From a virus, in IMG/VR virus record IMGVR_UViG_3300008107_000056, positions 2,700-66,699 of that record: a stretch of DNA of 64,000 nt. One strand, written 5' to 3'. How positions within the stretch are numbered: position 1 is the first letter of the stretch; each line of letters starts with the position of its first letter. Of the stretch, positions 56,227 to 64,000 are shown piece by piece. The translations under genes were made by a program, and so were the position numbers. The notes under the pieces are model-generated. The model did no database searches. It saw only the letters and a list, made by a program, of their open reading frames with translations, and was not told the DNA's origin.

Positions 56227-57333
56227 TTAGAACATTAAACTAGCAAAAAACGCACGGCGTTTGCTAGGTAATTCATCTCTCACATTTTCACTATTCACAA
56301 AAAATAATCCTGTACCTCCTGGTCCTTCATAATCAGGATAAATTTTAACTCTACCACTTTCATTAGCTGGCGCTTGATAAACACTATCAATGACCATACT
56401 CAATGAAGTTTTTAATTCTATAGAAGGATTAGTTGATATCCCAGGTCCTGGTTTAGTAGACAGTATCATTCTTGTATTAGCTGTCTCCATGGTAATCTCG
56501 TTTGAATCATTGATTTTTATATCACCAATAACCATTCTATTACCAAAGACTGTAATCCATTGATTGCCACCAATACTTGTTCTTAGTTGTGCTTCTGTTA
56601 CAGCGCCTGCGCCTGAGCTTGGATAACCTGGAACGTCTTGTTCAACAAATTCTAGATAAGTGTTATTTCTAAAAACTGGAACACCTGCACCAGTTCTATA
56701 GTTTAACTGAATACGTCTTCTATCTGGCTGTAGTTCAATTGCATAATCTACATAGCCTTTGTTTGGAATATCGTTGTCTTTATTTCTAGTAATAATTCTT
56801 TGTGTGTAGTTTGAAACTCCATCAACAGTAACAGTTCCTTGTGAATTATCTGCTCCTAAAAGACTAAGATCAGTATTTGATGTTCCTGTTCTAATAGCGT
56901 TCACTACGATTGCAGAATGTCCTTCTGAACTTATTCCACCAGAAGGAGGACCAATATAAAATTCCCAAATTCCAGAATTTGTTACGCCATTAAAAGTCCA
57001 ACTTTTATTTTGATTATAAAATAAGTTTGCATTGTAATTAGGAGATGCAGGACCTCCTCTAGCAATACTTAAACCTGAAATACCATTGCCACTAACACCT
57101 GCAGTTGCACCATTACTTAAACCTGATTCGCCCTTGTTTAAGACTAATATTTTATCATTGATGACTAAATCACTACTTTCAATAGTAGTGGTTTGGCCGT
57201 TTACTTGTAAGTTTCCGTAGATGTGAACGGTGCCTAAATTGTCACTGTCATATTTGGTTTCTAGATAGATATCGTTAGACGATTGTACGTGCCAATCGCC
57301 ACTAATTCGATTAACTTTTTTAATAGATGGCAT
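56227..57333 (-). CDS. Virion structural protein (tail-fibre-like N-terminus)
   Basis: GNLQVNGQTTTIES.DL.I.DK...LNKGE motif; late box at 57352-57357 plus SD. Confidence 0.7.
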   Translation of the reverse strand: MPSIKKVNRISGDWHVQSSNDIYLETKYDSDNLGTVHIYGNLQVNGQTTTIESSDLVINDKILVLNKGESGLSNGATAGVSGNGISGLSIARGGPASPNYNANLFYNQNKSWTFNGVTNSGIWEFYIGPPSGGISSEGHSAIVVNAIRTGTSNTDLSLLGADNSQGTVTVDGVSNYTQRIITRNKDNDIPNKGYVDYAIELQPDRRRIQLNYRTGAGVPVFRNNTYLEFVEQDVPGYPSSGAGAVTEAQLRTSIGGNQWITVFGNRMVIGDIKINDSNEITMETANTRMILSTKPGPGISTNPSIELKTSLSMVIDSVYQAPANESGRVKIYPDYEGPGGTGLFFVNSENVRDELPSKRRAFFASLMF

Positions 57334-57374
57334 GTTCGTTTCCTTGTATGATATTTATCTGTATGGCAAAATCA

Positions 57375-57653
57375 TTAACTTTGCGATAAAAGAGCTACCA
57401 TATACAGCTTATTAAAATTTTTGATCAGTTTATTGATAATAATTATTTGCTCATCTACTCTTCGTAAACTAGCTTTAGATTTTTGATTTCTAGCAATCAC
57501 TTCAAGATTACCAAGTTTTACAACTTCTAAATCAACTGCCCGTAACATCCGACTAACATCTTTTTTAAACATAGGTAGGTTGTTTTGGCTATTTTCTAAA
57601 CGATTCCTAACCCTATGCCAGTCTAAACTAGAAGTTATCAAATACTCTTCCAT
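57375..57653 (-). CDS. Hypothetical protein
   Basis: 92-aa helical ORF; TAAATA 5 nt upstream (57659-57664). Confidence 0.7.
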   Translation of the reverse strand: MEEYLITSSLDWHRVRNRLENSQNNLPMFKKDVSRMLRAVDLEVVKLGNLEVIARNQKSKASLRRVDEQIIIINKLIKNFNKLYMVALLSQS

Positions 57654-57668
57654 AGCAGTATTTACTCA

Positions 57669-57697
57669 CAAAAAAGCCCACCGAAGTGGGCTTTTTG
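57669..57697 (-). terminator. Intrinsic terminator after the major capsid gene
   Basis: GCCCAC-TTCG-GTGGGC-T6 on the minus strand. Confidence 0.9.
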
Positions 57698-57717
57698 TTT
57701 GCTTTGTAACTCTAAGA

Positions 57718-58896
57718 TTACTGGAAGCTAACGTTGCTAGATGTGATAGCAACTTTGCTTAGGTAATCAGCCGCGTTACCTAGAGAAGAAGCAGTGTTGC
57801 TTAGTTCTACGTAACCATAACGTGTCATAAAGCCAACTACTGGTTCAAAAGTAGCTGGATCTAGAACAACGCCAGAGCTCATTAGAGGAATGTATGGGCA
57901 ATAGAATGCAGCCGCATCAGCTTCGCTTGGTCCTTTGTAACCTAGTAGAACTTGGTTATTGTCTTGACCACTGTCAGCTAAGTATGCGTCAACGTAAACA
58001 CGCATAGCACCGTTCAATGTACCAACAAACTTAGTGTTTGTAGGTGCTTCAAAAGTACCTTCTGTTGTACGTGCAAATGCACTTGTAGTAGCAGACTGAA
58101 GAATTGTAAGAGCTTGGTTACTTACAACTGCCCAGTTAGCCGCACCACGACGTGTACGCTGTGCAATCTTGTTTGCTTCACGGTTGATTAGAACTGCTAA
58201 TGCGGCATGCTCGTCACCAACGAATGTAGCTGTACCACTTACTGCTGCCTGGTCGTATGTAGAACCAACACCAGCTAGTGTACGTAGGGAAGCTAGAACT
58301 TCTTGATCGATTTCAGCAGTAATTTCTTGTGCTAGAGCAGCCATAATTTCTGCTTCAATATCGATACCTTGTTGTGCTTGTGCATCTTGAGCAGCTTCGA
58401 AGGTCCAACGTGCGCTTAGTTTGCGTGTCTTAGCTTCAACAGCTTGTTTCAAGATTTGAATGCTCATACGCTTACCTGGTGTACCTTCTAGGCTAGCAGT
58501 AGCGGCAGCTTTACCGTCACCACTGGAACCTGTACCAGAGTAGCTAGTAGCAATCTTGAATGGGCTTAGTGCTTCTTCACCAGCTGTGATACCATCACTT
58601 GTATCAGCATAGCGGATACGTAGTGTATGAATCTGACCAACTGGACCAGTCATTGGTTGAACGCCGACGATTTCGTTAGCGATAACTGTTGGCATAACAC
58701 GACGGATTACTGGAAGAATCACGCGGTTTAGTGTTGCAACATTACCAGCACTTGTAGAGCCAGCTGTTGCACTTTCTGCAAGATACTTACGAGTATTCTC
58801 TAATGTAACACCCATAACGGCCTTTTTATGACCTTGTAGGCCTTCTAGTAGGGCCTCTTTAGTTTCTTGCCATTTTTCGTTTAGCAATACGGACAT
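57718..58896 (-). CDS. gp23: Major capsid protein
   Basis: GVQPMTGP.G, V.AKTRKL.A.WT.E..QD, EI..EID.E and FYCPYIPL...F.P..GFMTRYG, T4 gp23-family motifs. Confidence 0.97.
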   Translation of the reverse strand: MSVLLNEKWQETKEALLEGLQGHKKAVMGVTLENTRKYLAESATAGSTSAGNVATLNRVILPVIRRVMPTVIANEIVGVQPMTGPVGQIHTLRIRYADTSDGITAGEEALSPFKIATSYSGTGSSGDGKAAATASLEGTPGKRMSIQILKQAVEAKTRKLSARWTFEAAQDAQAQQGIDIEAEIMAALAQEITAEIDQEVLASLRTLAGVGSTYDQAAVSGTATFVGDEHAALAVLINREANKIAQRTRRGAANWAVVSNQALTILQSATTSAFARTTEGTFEAPTNTKFVGTLNGAMRVYVDAYLADSGQDNNQVLLGYKGPSEADAAAFYCPYIPLMSSGVVLDPATFEPVVGFMTRYGYVELSNTASSLGNAADYLSKVAITSSNVSFQ

Positions 58897-58908
58897 TTTG
58901 TCATCTCC

Positions 58909-60012
58909 TTAGTTTTTAAGACCCGCTAGTTTGCGGATGTCAATTAAATTATCAATACCTTCTTGAACTTCGGCAGTGATTTTGGTAGGCTTGTCGCCTG
59001 TGATTTCTTTGCTTTCATTTAGTGCCTGTTTTTGTGCCTTTGCGTGTGCCTTACCTTCCATCACCGCTGGTAAGTACTTGTCAAACGCTACGGACAACTT
59101 AGCAGTCTGTACAGACTCTAGGAGTTGACTCATAATCGCTCTCTTTTCACTACTTAGCGGAGCTAGTAATTCTTGCATTGCTTCCTTGCGTTCCATCAAG
59201 TCTTGAGCAATGCGAGCTTCACGCTCCTTGCTTTCAACTAGTTGTTGTGCTTCAGATAATGCTTGTTGTGCTTCAGCTAGTTCTGCTTCTTTCTTATCAA
59301 CAATCTTCAACAAACGTGAAGTTGTTGACTTTTCATTAACATGACTAGCCATATATTCTGCTGTGAAGGCTTCAAAAATCTTGCGTCCAAAGTGATTCTG
59401 ACGAGCACTATCAATGTCTTCACGTAGTTGAGTGATTTCAGTTGTTAACTTTTCACTTACTGCGTTTTCAACAATAGCGGCGCTCTTCTGGATAAACGCT
59501 TGTTTGATTTCAGCAAATTTTTCTTTTGCTTCACGAACTAAACGTACTTTGGTTTCTGCAAGGTCTTTTTTATCTTCTGCGAATTCTTGGATTTCACGAG
59601 CTAGTGCTTCTACTACAAAAGCTTCTAACTTAGCGAAATTTTCTGCAACTTTTTGACGGTCGCTTTGGAATTCACCTAACTCTTTTGCTAGATTCTGGAT
59701 AACAAAAGTTTCAAGTAATTGAGAATCTTTGGTCATCTTTGCTACATATTGAGCTTGTGCTTCCGCTAGGCTCTGTCTGTCAGCAACGAATTCAGCGATC
59801 TCTCCGGTCAACTTCTCACCTACCATCTTGTCAAGACTTTCAATCATAACGCTACGATCGTGATCGTAACGTTGTGCAAATTCTTCACGCAATTCGGCAG
59901 TAAGTTGGTCGCGAGTTTCTTGGAGCTTTGTGGTCCAAGCTGTTTCGATATCAGCCTTAATTTCCTCAGAAATTACGCCGCTCTCGAAAAGTTTTTTGAA
60001 TGCGTCCAACAT
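58909..60012 (-). CDS. gp22: Prohead core scaffold protein
   Basis: Coiled-coil, E-rich, between gp21 and gp23; IFEAF motif. Confidence 0.85.
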   Translation of the reverse strand: MLDAFKKLFESGVISEEIKADIETAWTTKLQETRDQLTAELREEFAQRYDHDRSVMIESLDKMVGEKLTGEIAEFVADRQSLAEAQAQYVAKMTKDSQLLETFVIQNLAKELGEFQSDRQKVAENFAKLEAFVVEALAREIQEFAEDKKDLAETKVRLVREAKEKFAEIKQAFIQKSAAIVENAVSEKLTTEITQLREDIDSARQNHFGRKIFEAFTAEYMASHVNEKSTTSRLLKIVDKKEAELAEAQQALSEAQQLVESKEREARIAQDLMERKEAMQELLAPLSSEKRAIMSQLLESVQTAKLSVAFDKYLPAVMEGKAHAKAQKQALNESKEITGDKPTKITAEVQEGIDNLIDIRKLAGLKN

Positions 60013-60030
60013 TTCTATTTCTCCTCGGGC

Positions 60031-60657
60031 TTATTTTAGACCTTGAATAATATTAAGGAGACTTTCCTTAAGATATTTTTGGGCCTTTGGATCTTCTTTA
60101 ACTTCGTGTGCTATTTGCATAGCTCTATAACCACCTTTAGAATTCATAAAATGTTCATAAATGGCTGTAGGATATGCACCTGGCGCACTTGGCTGTGCTA
60201 CTACGTCGACTGTAATAATTTCAAAATCTGACACTTCGCCAGTTCTATCATCAACGTTGCCGCTACCTCTGCTACTAACACCTAGCTTAACGCCAGACTC
60301 TAACATGGTGCGGACTAAATTTCCCATTGGCGTTGGCAAAATTTTAAATTTGCCGTAGCCGTTTGGACCGTCCATCCACATATCTGTAATCATGTGACTG
60401 ACACGATCCAAATTTACTTTTAAGTCATCTGGATGATCAACTTCGCCTAATACGCTATATCCATTTTTGATTTGATCAATCAACGTCTTGACAGCATTGC
60501 CAATTTGGTCTACAGGATAAACACGCTGATTTGCGTTGCGTATCCCGCCTTGAATGCAAATACCCTTCATATAAAGGTTTTTTCCATCCTTGTCGTCGGA
60601 TTCAACAATACAACGTGCTTGATCGAAGCTTAAACTTTCGCGTAATAATAGGCTCAT
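60031..60657 (-). CDS. gp21: Prohead protease
   Basis: N.NQRVYP, LGEVDHP, VSH.I, TPMG, LGVSSRGSG, DVVAQPSAP.A. Confidence 0.96.
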   Translation of the reverse strand: MSLLLRESLSFDQARCIVESDDKDGKNLYMKGICIQGGIRNANQRVYPVDQIGNAVKTLIDQIKNGYSVLGEVDHPDDLKVNLDRVSHMITDMWMDGPNGYGKFKILPTPMGNLVRTMLESGVKLGVSSRGSGNVDDRTGEVSDFEIITVDVVAQPSAPGAYPTAIYEHFMNSKGGYRAMQIAHEVKEDPKAQKYLKESLLNIIQGLK

Positions 60658-60670
60658 TAATTTGTCCTAA

Positions 60671-61504
60671 TTACTTGGCGTGGCTTGGAGCTAGTGGGCT
60701 CTTGGTATTGCCTGCGCTTTCTCCGCTACCTTTTTTCTCAGCGCCATGACCTTTGCTGTCCTTGCTGAAAAATTGTTTAGCATTGGTGCCGCCTGGAACA
60801 TTAACATTACCTGCGTTATCTTCCTTTGCACTTGGGTTTAGCAAGCCACCTTTGACTCCACCCTTTTCATCACCAGATCCTAATTTAAATGCTGTTCCGC
60901 CCATACGGTTTTCACCTGCTACTGGACTTTTAGCATTTACACTCTTTTCACCTGCGCCTTTCTTCTCTGCGCCGTGTCCATCACTTACTTTTTCGGTATA
61001 TTCACGAATCATGAACTCGTCTTTCTGTTCATCATCGCCTTCTTCACCTTCTTCACCTTCTTCATCGCCCATGTCGTCCATGCCTTCTTCGCCGGACATT
61101 AGAGCTTCAAATTCTGCTTTTAGTTCTGCTAGAGCGTCTTCTAGGTCATCAATACGTGCATCTGTATCGCCTTCTTCACCCTCATCGCCAAATTCGTCGC
61201 CAAAGTCGCCCATGTCTCCATCGTCCATGCCGTCAGCTTCCATGTCACCAACTAGATCGTCAGTTTCATCTTCAACTGCGCCACCAATTTCGATCACGCT
61301 TTCTTCTTCCATTCCAAAACTTTCTTCAGTTTTGTCTTGTTTATTTTTTTCATCTTCTTCGTCTTTTTTTGCTTCTTCTTCAGCAATTAGACTTTCATAA
61401 ATGCCACGGCTTTTTTCCACAACGATTTGATGGAAAAGCTCATTGGCCTTTTCAGTTTCTTCGTTAACTAGATAATCTAGTAATTGTTCAAATTTAGATT
61501 GCAT
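60671..61504 (-). CDS. Acidic prohead core protein (gp67/gp68-like position)
   Basis: Extremely D/E-rich, between portal and protease; AAGGAG SD and late box at 61543-61548. Confidence 0.65.
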   Translation of the reverse strand: MQSKFEQLLDYLVNEETEKANELFHQIVVEKSRGIYESLIAEEEAKKDEEDEKNKQDKTEESFGMEEESVIEIGGAVEDETDDLVGDMEADGMDDGDMGDFGDEFGDEGEEGDTDARIDDLEDALAELKAEFEALMSGEEGMDDMGDEEGEEGEEGDDEQKDEFMIREYTEKVSDGHGAEKKGAGEKSVNAKSPVAGENRMGGTAFKLGSGDEKGGVKGGLLNPSAKEDNAGNVNVPGGTNAKQFFSKDSKGHGAEKKGSGESAGNTKSPLAPSHAK

Positions 61505-61576
61505 TGCAAGGTCTCCTTAAATTTAGGCAAGGCTGTCGAGTATATTTACAGCGTAGATAATTTATATAGCAGAAAT

Positions 61577-61602
61577 ACGTCAAAAAGACGCATTTTTGAC
61601 GT
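61577..61602. other. 10-bp inverted repeat in an intergenic region
   Basis: ACGTCAAAAA-GACGCA-TTTTTGACGT. Confidence 0.55.
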
Positions 61603-61625
61603 TAAATGTCAAATAATTTTTAATT

Positions 61626-61886
61626 TTATTGAGCAGGTTGAACTGGAGTTGCGTACTGAGCTTGTATTAATTCAGACTCCATTGCAAGTTCTGCCATGTG
61701 TGCTTCATAATTTTTACGCATTTGATTTATCTGTTTCAAAGACAAACGTGTCTTTCTTGTATCAGATAACTCAAGTTTGTGTTTATCATCTTCTGGCTCA
61801 TAGCGTTTATCCGCAATCATATCGGCGTCAAAATCATCTTCGCCTTTATAATCTTTGTCAAAATAAATGAATTCACGTAAGAACAT
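61626..61886 (-). CDS. Small hypothetical head-associated protein
   Basis: 86-aa ORF after the portal; late box at 61895-61900. Confidence 0.7.
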   Translation of the reverse strand: MFLREFIYFDKDYKGEDDFDADMIADKRYEPEDDKHKLELSDTRKTRLSLKQINQMRKNYEAHMAELAMESELIQAQYATPVQPAQ

Positions 61887-61897
61887 AGTAGTATTAT

Positions 61898-63622
61898 TTA
61901 TTGTGCAGGGGCAGGAGTTGCACTTGCACCTATGGATTCTGGGCCACCTGCTGGCTCTGCGCCTGGTGGCGGTACATCTGGATTTTCTTCTTCACCACTT
62001 AATGAATCCATATCACCTTGTATACCACCTGGTGTAATGCCAATACCACGCATTTCCTGTCCAGGTGCTTGTGCTGTACCAGTGTCTCCAACGATGTTTT
62101 CTTGACGCCATAGCATTTCGTTTTCCTGCATTTCTTCTGCACTTAGTCCTAAGAAACGCTTTAATGCAAATCGTTTGCTCATGTAAGGTACTTCAGATAC
62201 TGCTTGGAATGTGCTTACACGTTGTCCATCTAGCTCTGTTTGACGATAAGCCGCAAAGTTTTGTGGAGGATTAAACTTTAAATCAAAGATGTTAGGGTCA
62301 ATATTAATACCACTATTCTTTAGATATAGTTTAAATTCTAAGTCAAACGCTTCAGCAAATAAGCTCTGTAAACGCTCACAATAATAGTTAAAACGTAGCT
62401 CTTGAATGTATGCAGTACCTACACGACCATCGGTAAAACTTGCATTTGAATCGTCTGGACCTGTTGGCAAATAGCTACTTGGTATGCGTAAAGCACGGAA
62501 TAATTTGTTGGTAAAGAAGCGTAAATCTTCAATCTCACCCAAGTTTGAACCGCCTTGTAATGTGTCAACACGGCTACCACGACCCTCTGCTGTTTGTGGG
62601 AAGAAGTAATCTTCTGTGGTGCTTAGTGGGTTAAAACCACTGTCAATAACTGACTGACCACCGCCTGTAATACTTGGGATACGGCGTTGATTAACTTCAT
62701 TTTTAACACGTTCTACGAAACTCATAGCCATGTGACTTGGCATGTTACCAACGTCAATGTAAAAAATTCTACGTTCTGGAGCACGGACAACACGATAGAT
62801 AATAATCGCATCTTCCAATAATTCTTTTTGTTTGTAAACTTTAAAACACATTTCCAGCAGACTATTGCCAAATGGATAGTTGCTGTCCAGTCCTTCACTT
62901 AAACTTAAATGAATAACATGATTAGCGTCAACTGCTACTTGATCTTGACTATGACTGAATCTGCTGCCAGTTAATTGCGGATATCCGCCAACCATACCAC
63001 GTTGGAATCCACCACCAGTTACATAGGCCGCATTTCCTGGCGTTGCTCCTGGAGCATTTGGATTGATTTGTGTAACCGTTAGTGTTTGTAAATTAATGTT
63101 TAAATCACGAATAACATACTGCTCTGGAATTTTTCCTTCACTTTCGTTAACAATGATTTTATCGACTTTGCTAGGATCAATGTAAATCCATTTTTGTGTT
63201 TCTGGATCACGTACAAAGAAGCAGTCCCCGTATTTGTATAAATTACGTATTGTTTTAAAAATTCTAACATCAAATTGATTGAGTTTATACCACTGCTGTA
63301 GATACTTTTTGATCAATTTAATTTCAGTGTTTGTTGCTTGTTCGTTATAGCTTACAGTAAAACAAGTACCGTTATCTTTGTTTTTCTGTGTGCAAAATTC
63401 TGCTAAAATATCTAAAGCCGCATTAACTTCACTGTCAGCATCCATGGTTTGATACTGCTGATAACGCTCTAATCTATTAGGATGACCGCTATAAACATCT
63501 GGAAGGAAGCTAGAGTAGTTGCTACGATAGGCGTTATACGCACTACCTTGTCCGCTTATAGGACTCATGGCTCCGCCTTGATTGTTAACTTTAACAGGTG
63601 TGAAATACTTTTTCCAAGCCAT
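61898..63622 (-). CDS. gp20: Portal (head vertex) protein
   Basis: EDAIIIYR..RAPERRIFYIDVGNMP, EDYFFP, NLGEI.D..FF..KL..ALRIP.S, ELRF. Confidence 0.97.
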   Translation of the reverse strand: MAWKKYFTPVKVNNQGGAMSPISGQGSAYNAYRSNYSSFLPDVYSGHPNRLERYQQYQTMDADSEVNAALDILAEFCTQKNKDNGTCFTVSYNEQATNTEIKLIKKYLQQWYKLNQFDVRIFKTIRNLYKYGDCFFVRDPETQKWIYIDPSKVDKIIVNESEGKIPEQYVIRDLNINLQTLTVTQINPNAPGATPGNAAYVTGGGFQRGMVGGYPQLTGSRFSHSQDQVAVDANHVIHLSLSEGLDSNYPFGNSLLEMCFKVYKQKELLEDAIIIYRVVRAPERRIFYIDVGNMPSHMAMSFVERVKNEVNQRRIPSITGGGQSVIDSGFNPLSTTEDYFFPQTAEGRGSRVDTLQGGSNLGEIEDLRFFTNKLFRALRIPSSYLPTGPDDSNASFTDGRVGTAYIQELRFNYYCERLQSLFAEAFDLEFKLYLKNSGINIDPNIFDLKFNPPQNFAAYRQTELDGQRVSTFQAVSEVPYMSKRFALKRFLGLSAEEMQENEMLWRQENIVGDTGTAQAPGQEMRGIGITPGGIQGDMDSLSGEEENPDVPPPGAEPAGGPESIGASATPAPAQ

Positions 63623-63631
63623 CCTTAATCC

Positions 63632-64000
63632 TTATTTTTGTAGGTTTTGTTTTAATATATCAGTTAATCTAGAAAAGGCACTTTCTAGATTTTTTACAGC
63701 AGTCATCGTACCTTCATTTGCAGTTTTCATAGCACCGTCCCACCAATCAGGCTTAACAAATGATACTATTGACACATTGTTATTTACCGTTCCTGCCATG
63801 GGTACTACAACATTTCCTGTACCGGCTCCACTTGCATCAGAGGGCGCCGCAGTGTCTGCTCTTACCTGTGTTCGAGCACTATTTTCTTGATATTGCTTTA
63901 ATATATTCTGTGCATCATTTCGAAGACTTTGACTGACTGTAGGATCAATTATTTGAACTTTAACCAATGACTCACCATTATTTGTTTTTTCATCAATGAT
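63632..64000 (-). CDS. 3' end of a gene truncated by the window edge (unknown product)
   Basis: Frame is open from nt 64000 (IIDEKTNNGESLV...) to the stop at 63632. Confidence 0.55.
   Translation of the reverse strand: MIDEKTNNGESLVKVQIIDPTVSQSLRNDAQNILKQYQENSARTQVRADTAAPSDASGAGTGNVVVPMAGTVNNNVSIVSFVKPDWWDGAMKTANEGTMTAVKNLESAFSRLTDILKQNLQK

Noticed and set aside
60753-61400. 215-aa plus-strand ORF, and similar long antisense ORFs such as 54564-55193, 22049-22447 and 17246-17605
   Set aside because: These are shadows of well-supported minus-strand genes; their Ser/Phe/Pro-rich translations mirror acidic or Thr-rich codons, and they lack start signals
1-64000. Alternative genetic code, tRNA genes or rRNA genes
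   Set aside because: Core genes are full-length in the standard code, and no cloverleaf or rRNA-like segment was seen in the short intergenic gaps

Overview
This is an AT-rich, gene-dense 64 kb segment of a large T4-like (myovirus-type) phage genome in the standard genetic code, with most genes on the minus strand. It holds three modules. (i) Replication/recombination: gp41 helicase, gp61-type primase, a probable clamp-loader small subunit, UvsW, UvsY, UvsX, gp32 SSB and dNMP kinase. (ii) Head and packaging: portal gp20, protease gp21, scaffold gp22, major capsid gp23, terminase subunits, gp4 and several probable internal head proteins. (iii) Neck and tail: gp13/14/15-like proteins, sheath gp18, tube gp19 and four very large modular tail-fibre/appendage proteins. 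Accessory genes are a Pol-beta-type nucleotidyltransferase, a YqgE/AlgH protein, a Cys-poor IscA/HesB-like protein, a Nudix hydrolase and an HNH/Zn-finger protein. The most notable observations are: a 195-aa 'mini-DnaE' that keeps all three family-C catalytic aspartates but lacks the PHP, thumb and C-terminal domains; a helical insert with two phycobiliprotein-like K-C-x-R-D motifs in a 2667-aa tail protein; systematic placement of the TAAATA late-promoter box exactly 5 nt before start codons, implying leaderless late mRNAs; a structured ~95-nt 5' leader before a tail-fibre gene; a shared D-[IL]-x-x-L-[AS]-G motif linking the scaffold to putative internal proteins; and a perfect in-frame 111-bp tandem duplication in the primase. 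No tRNA, rRNA, CRISPR array, intron or intein was recognised. All protein calls come from motif recognition by eye, not database searches.
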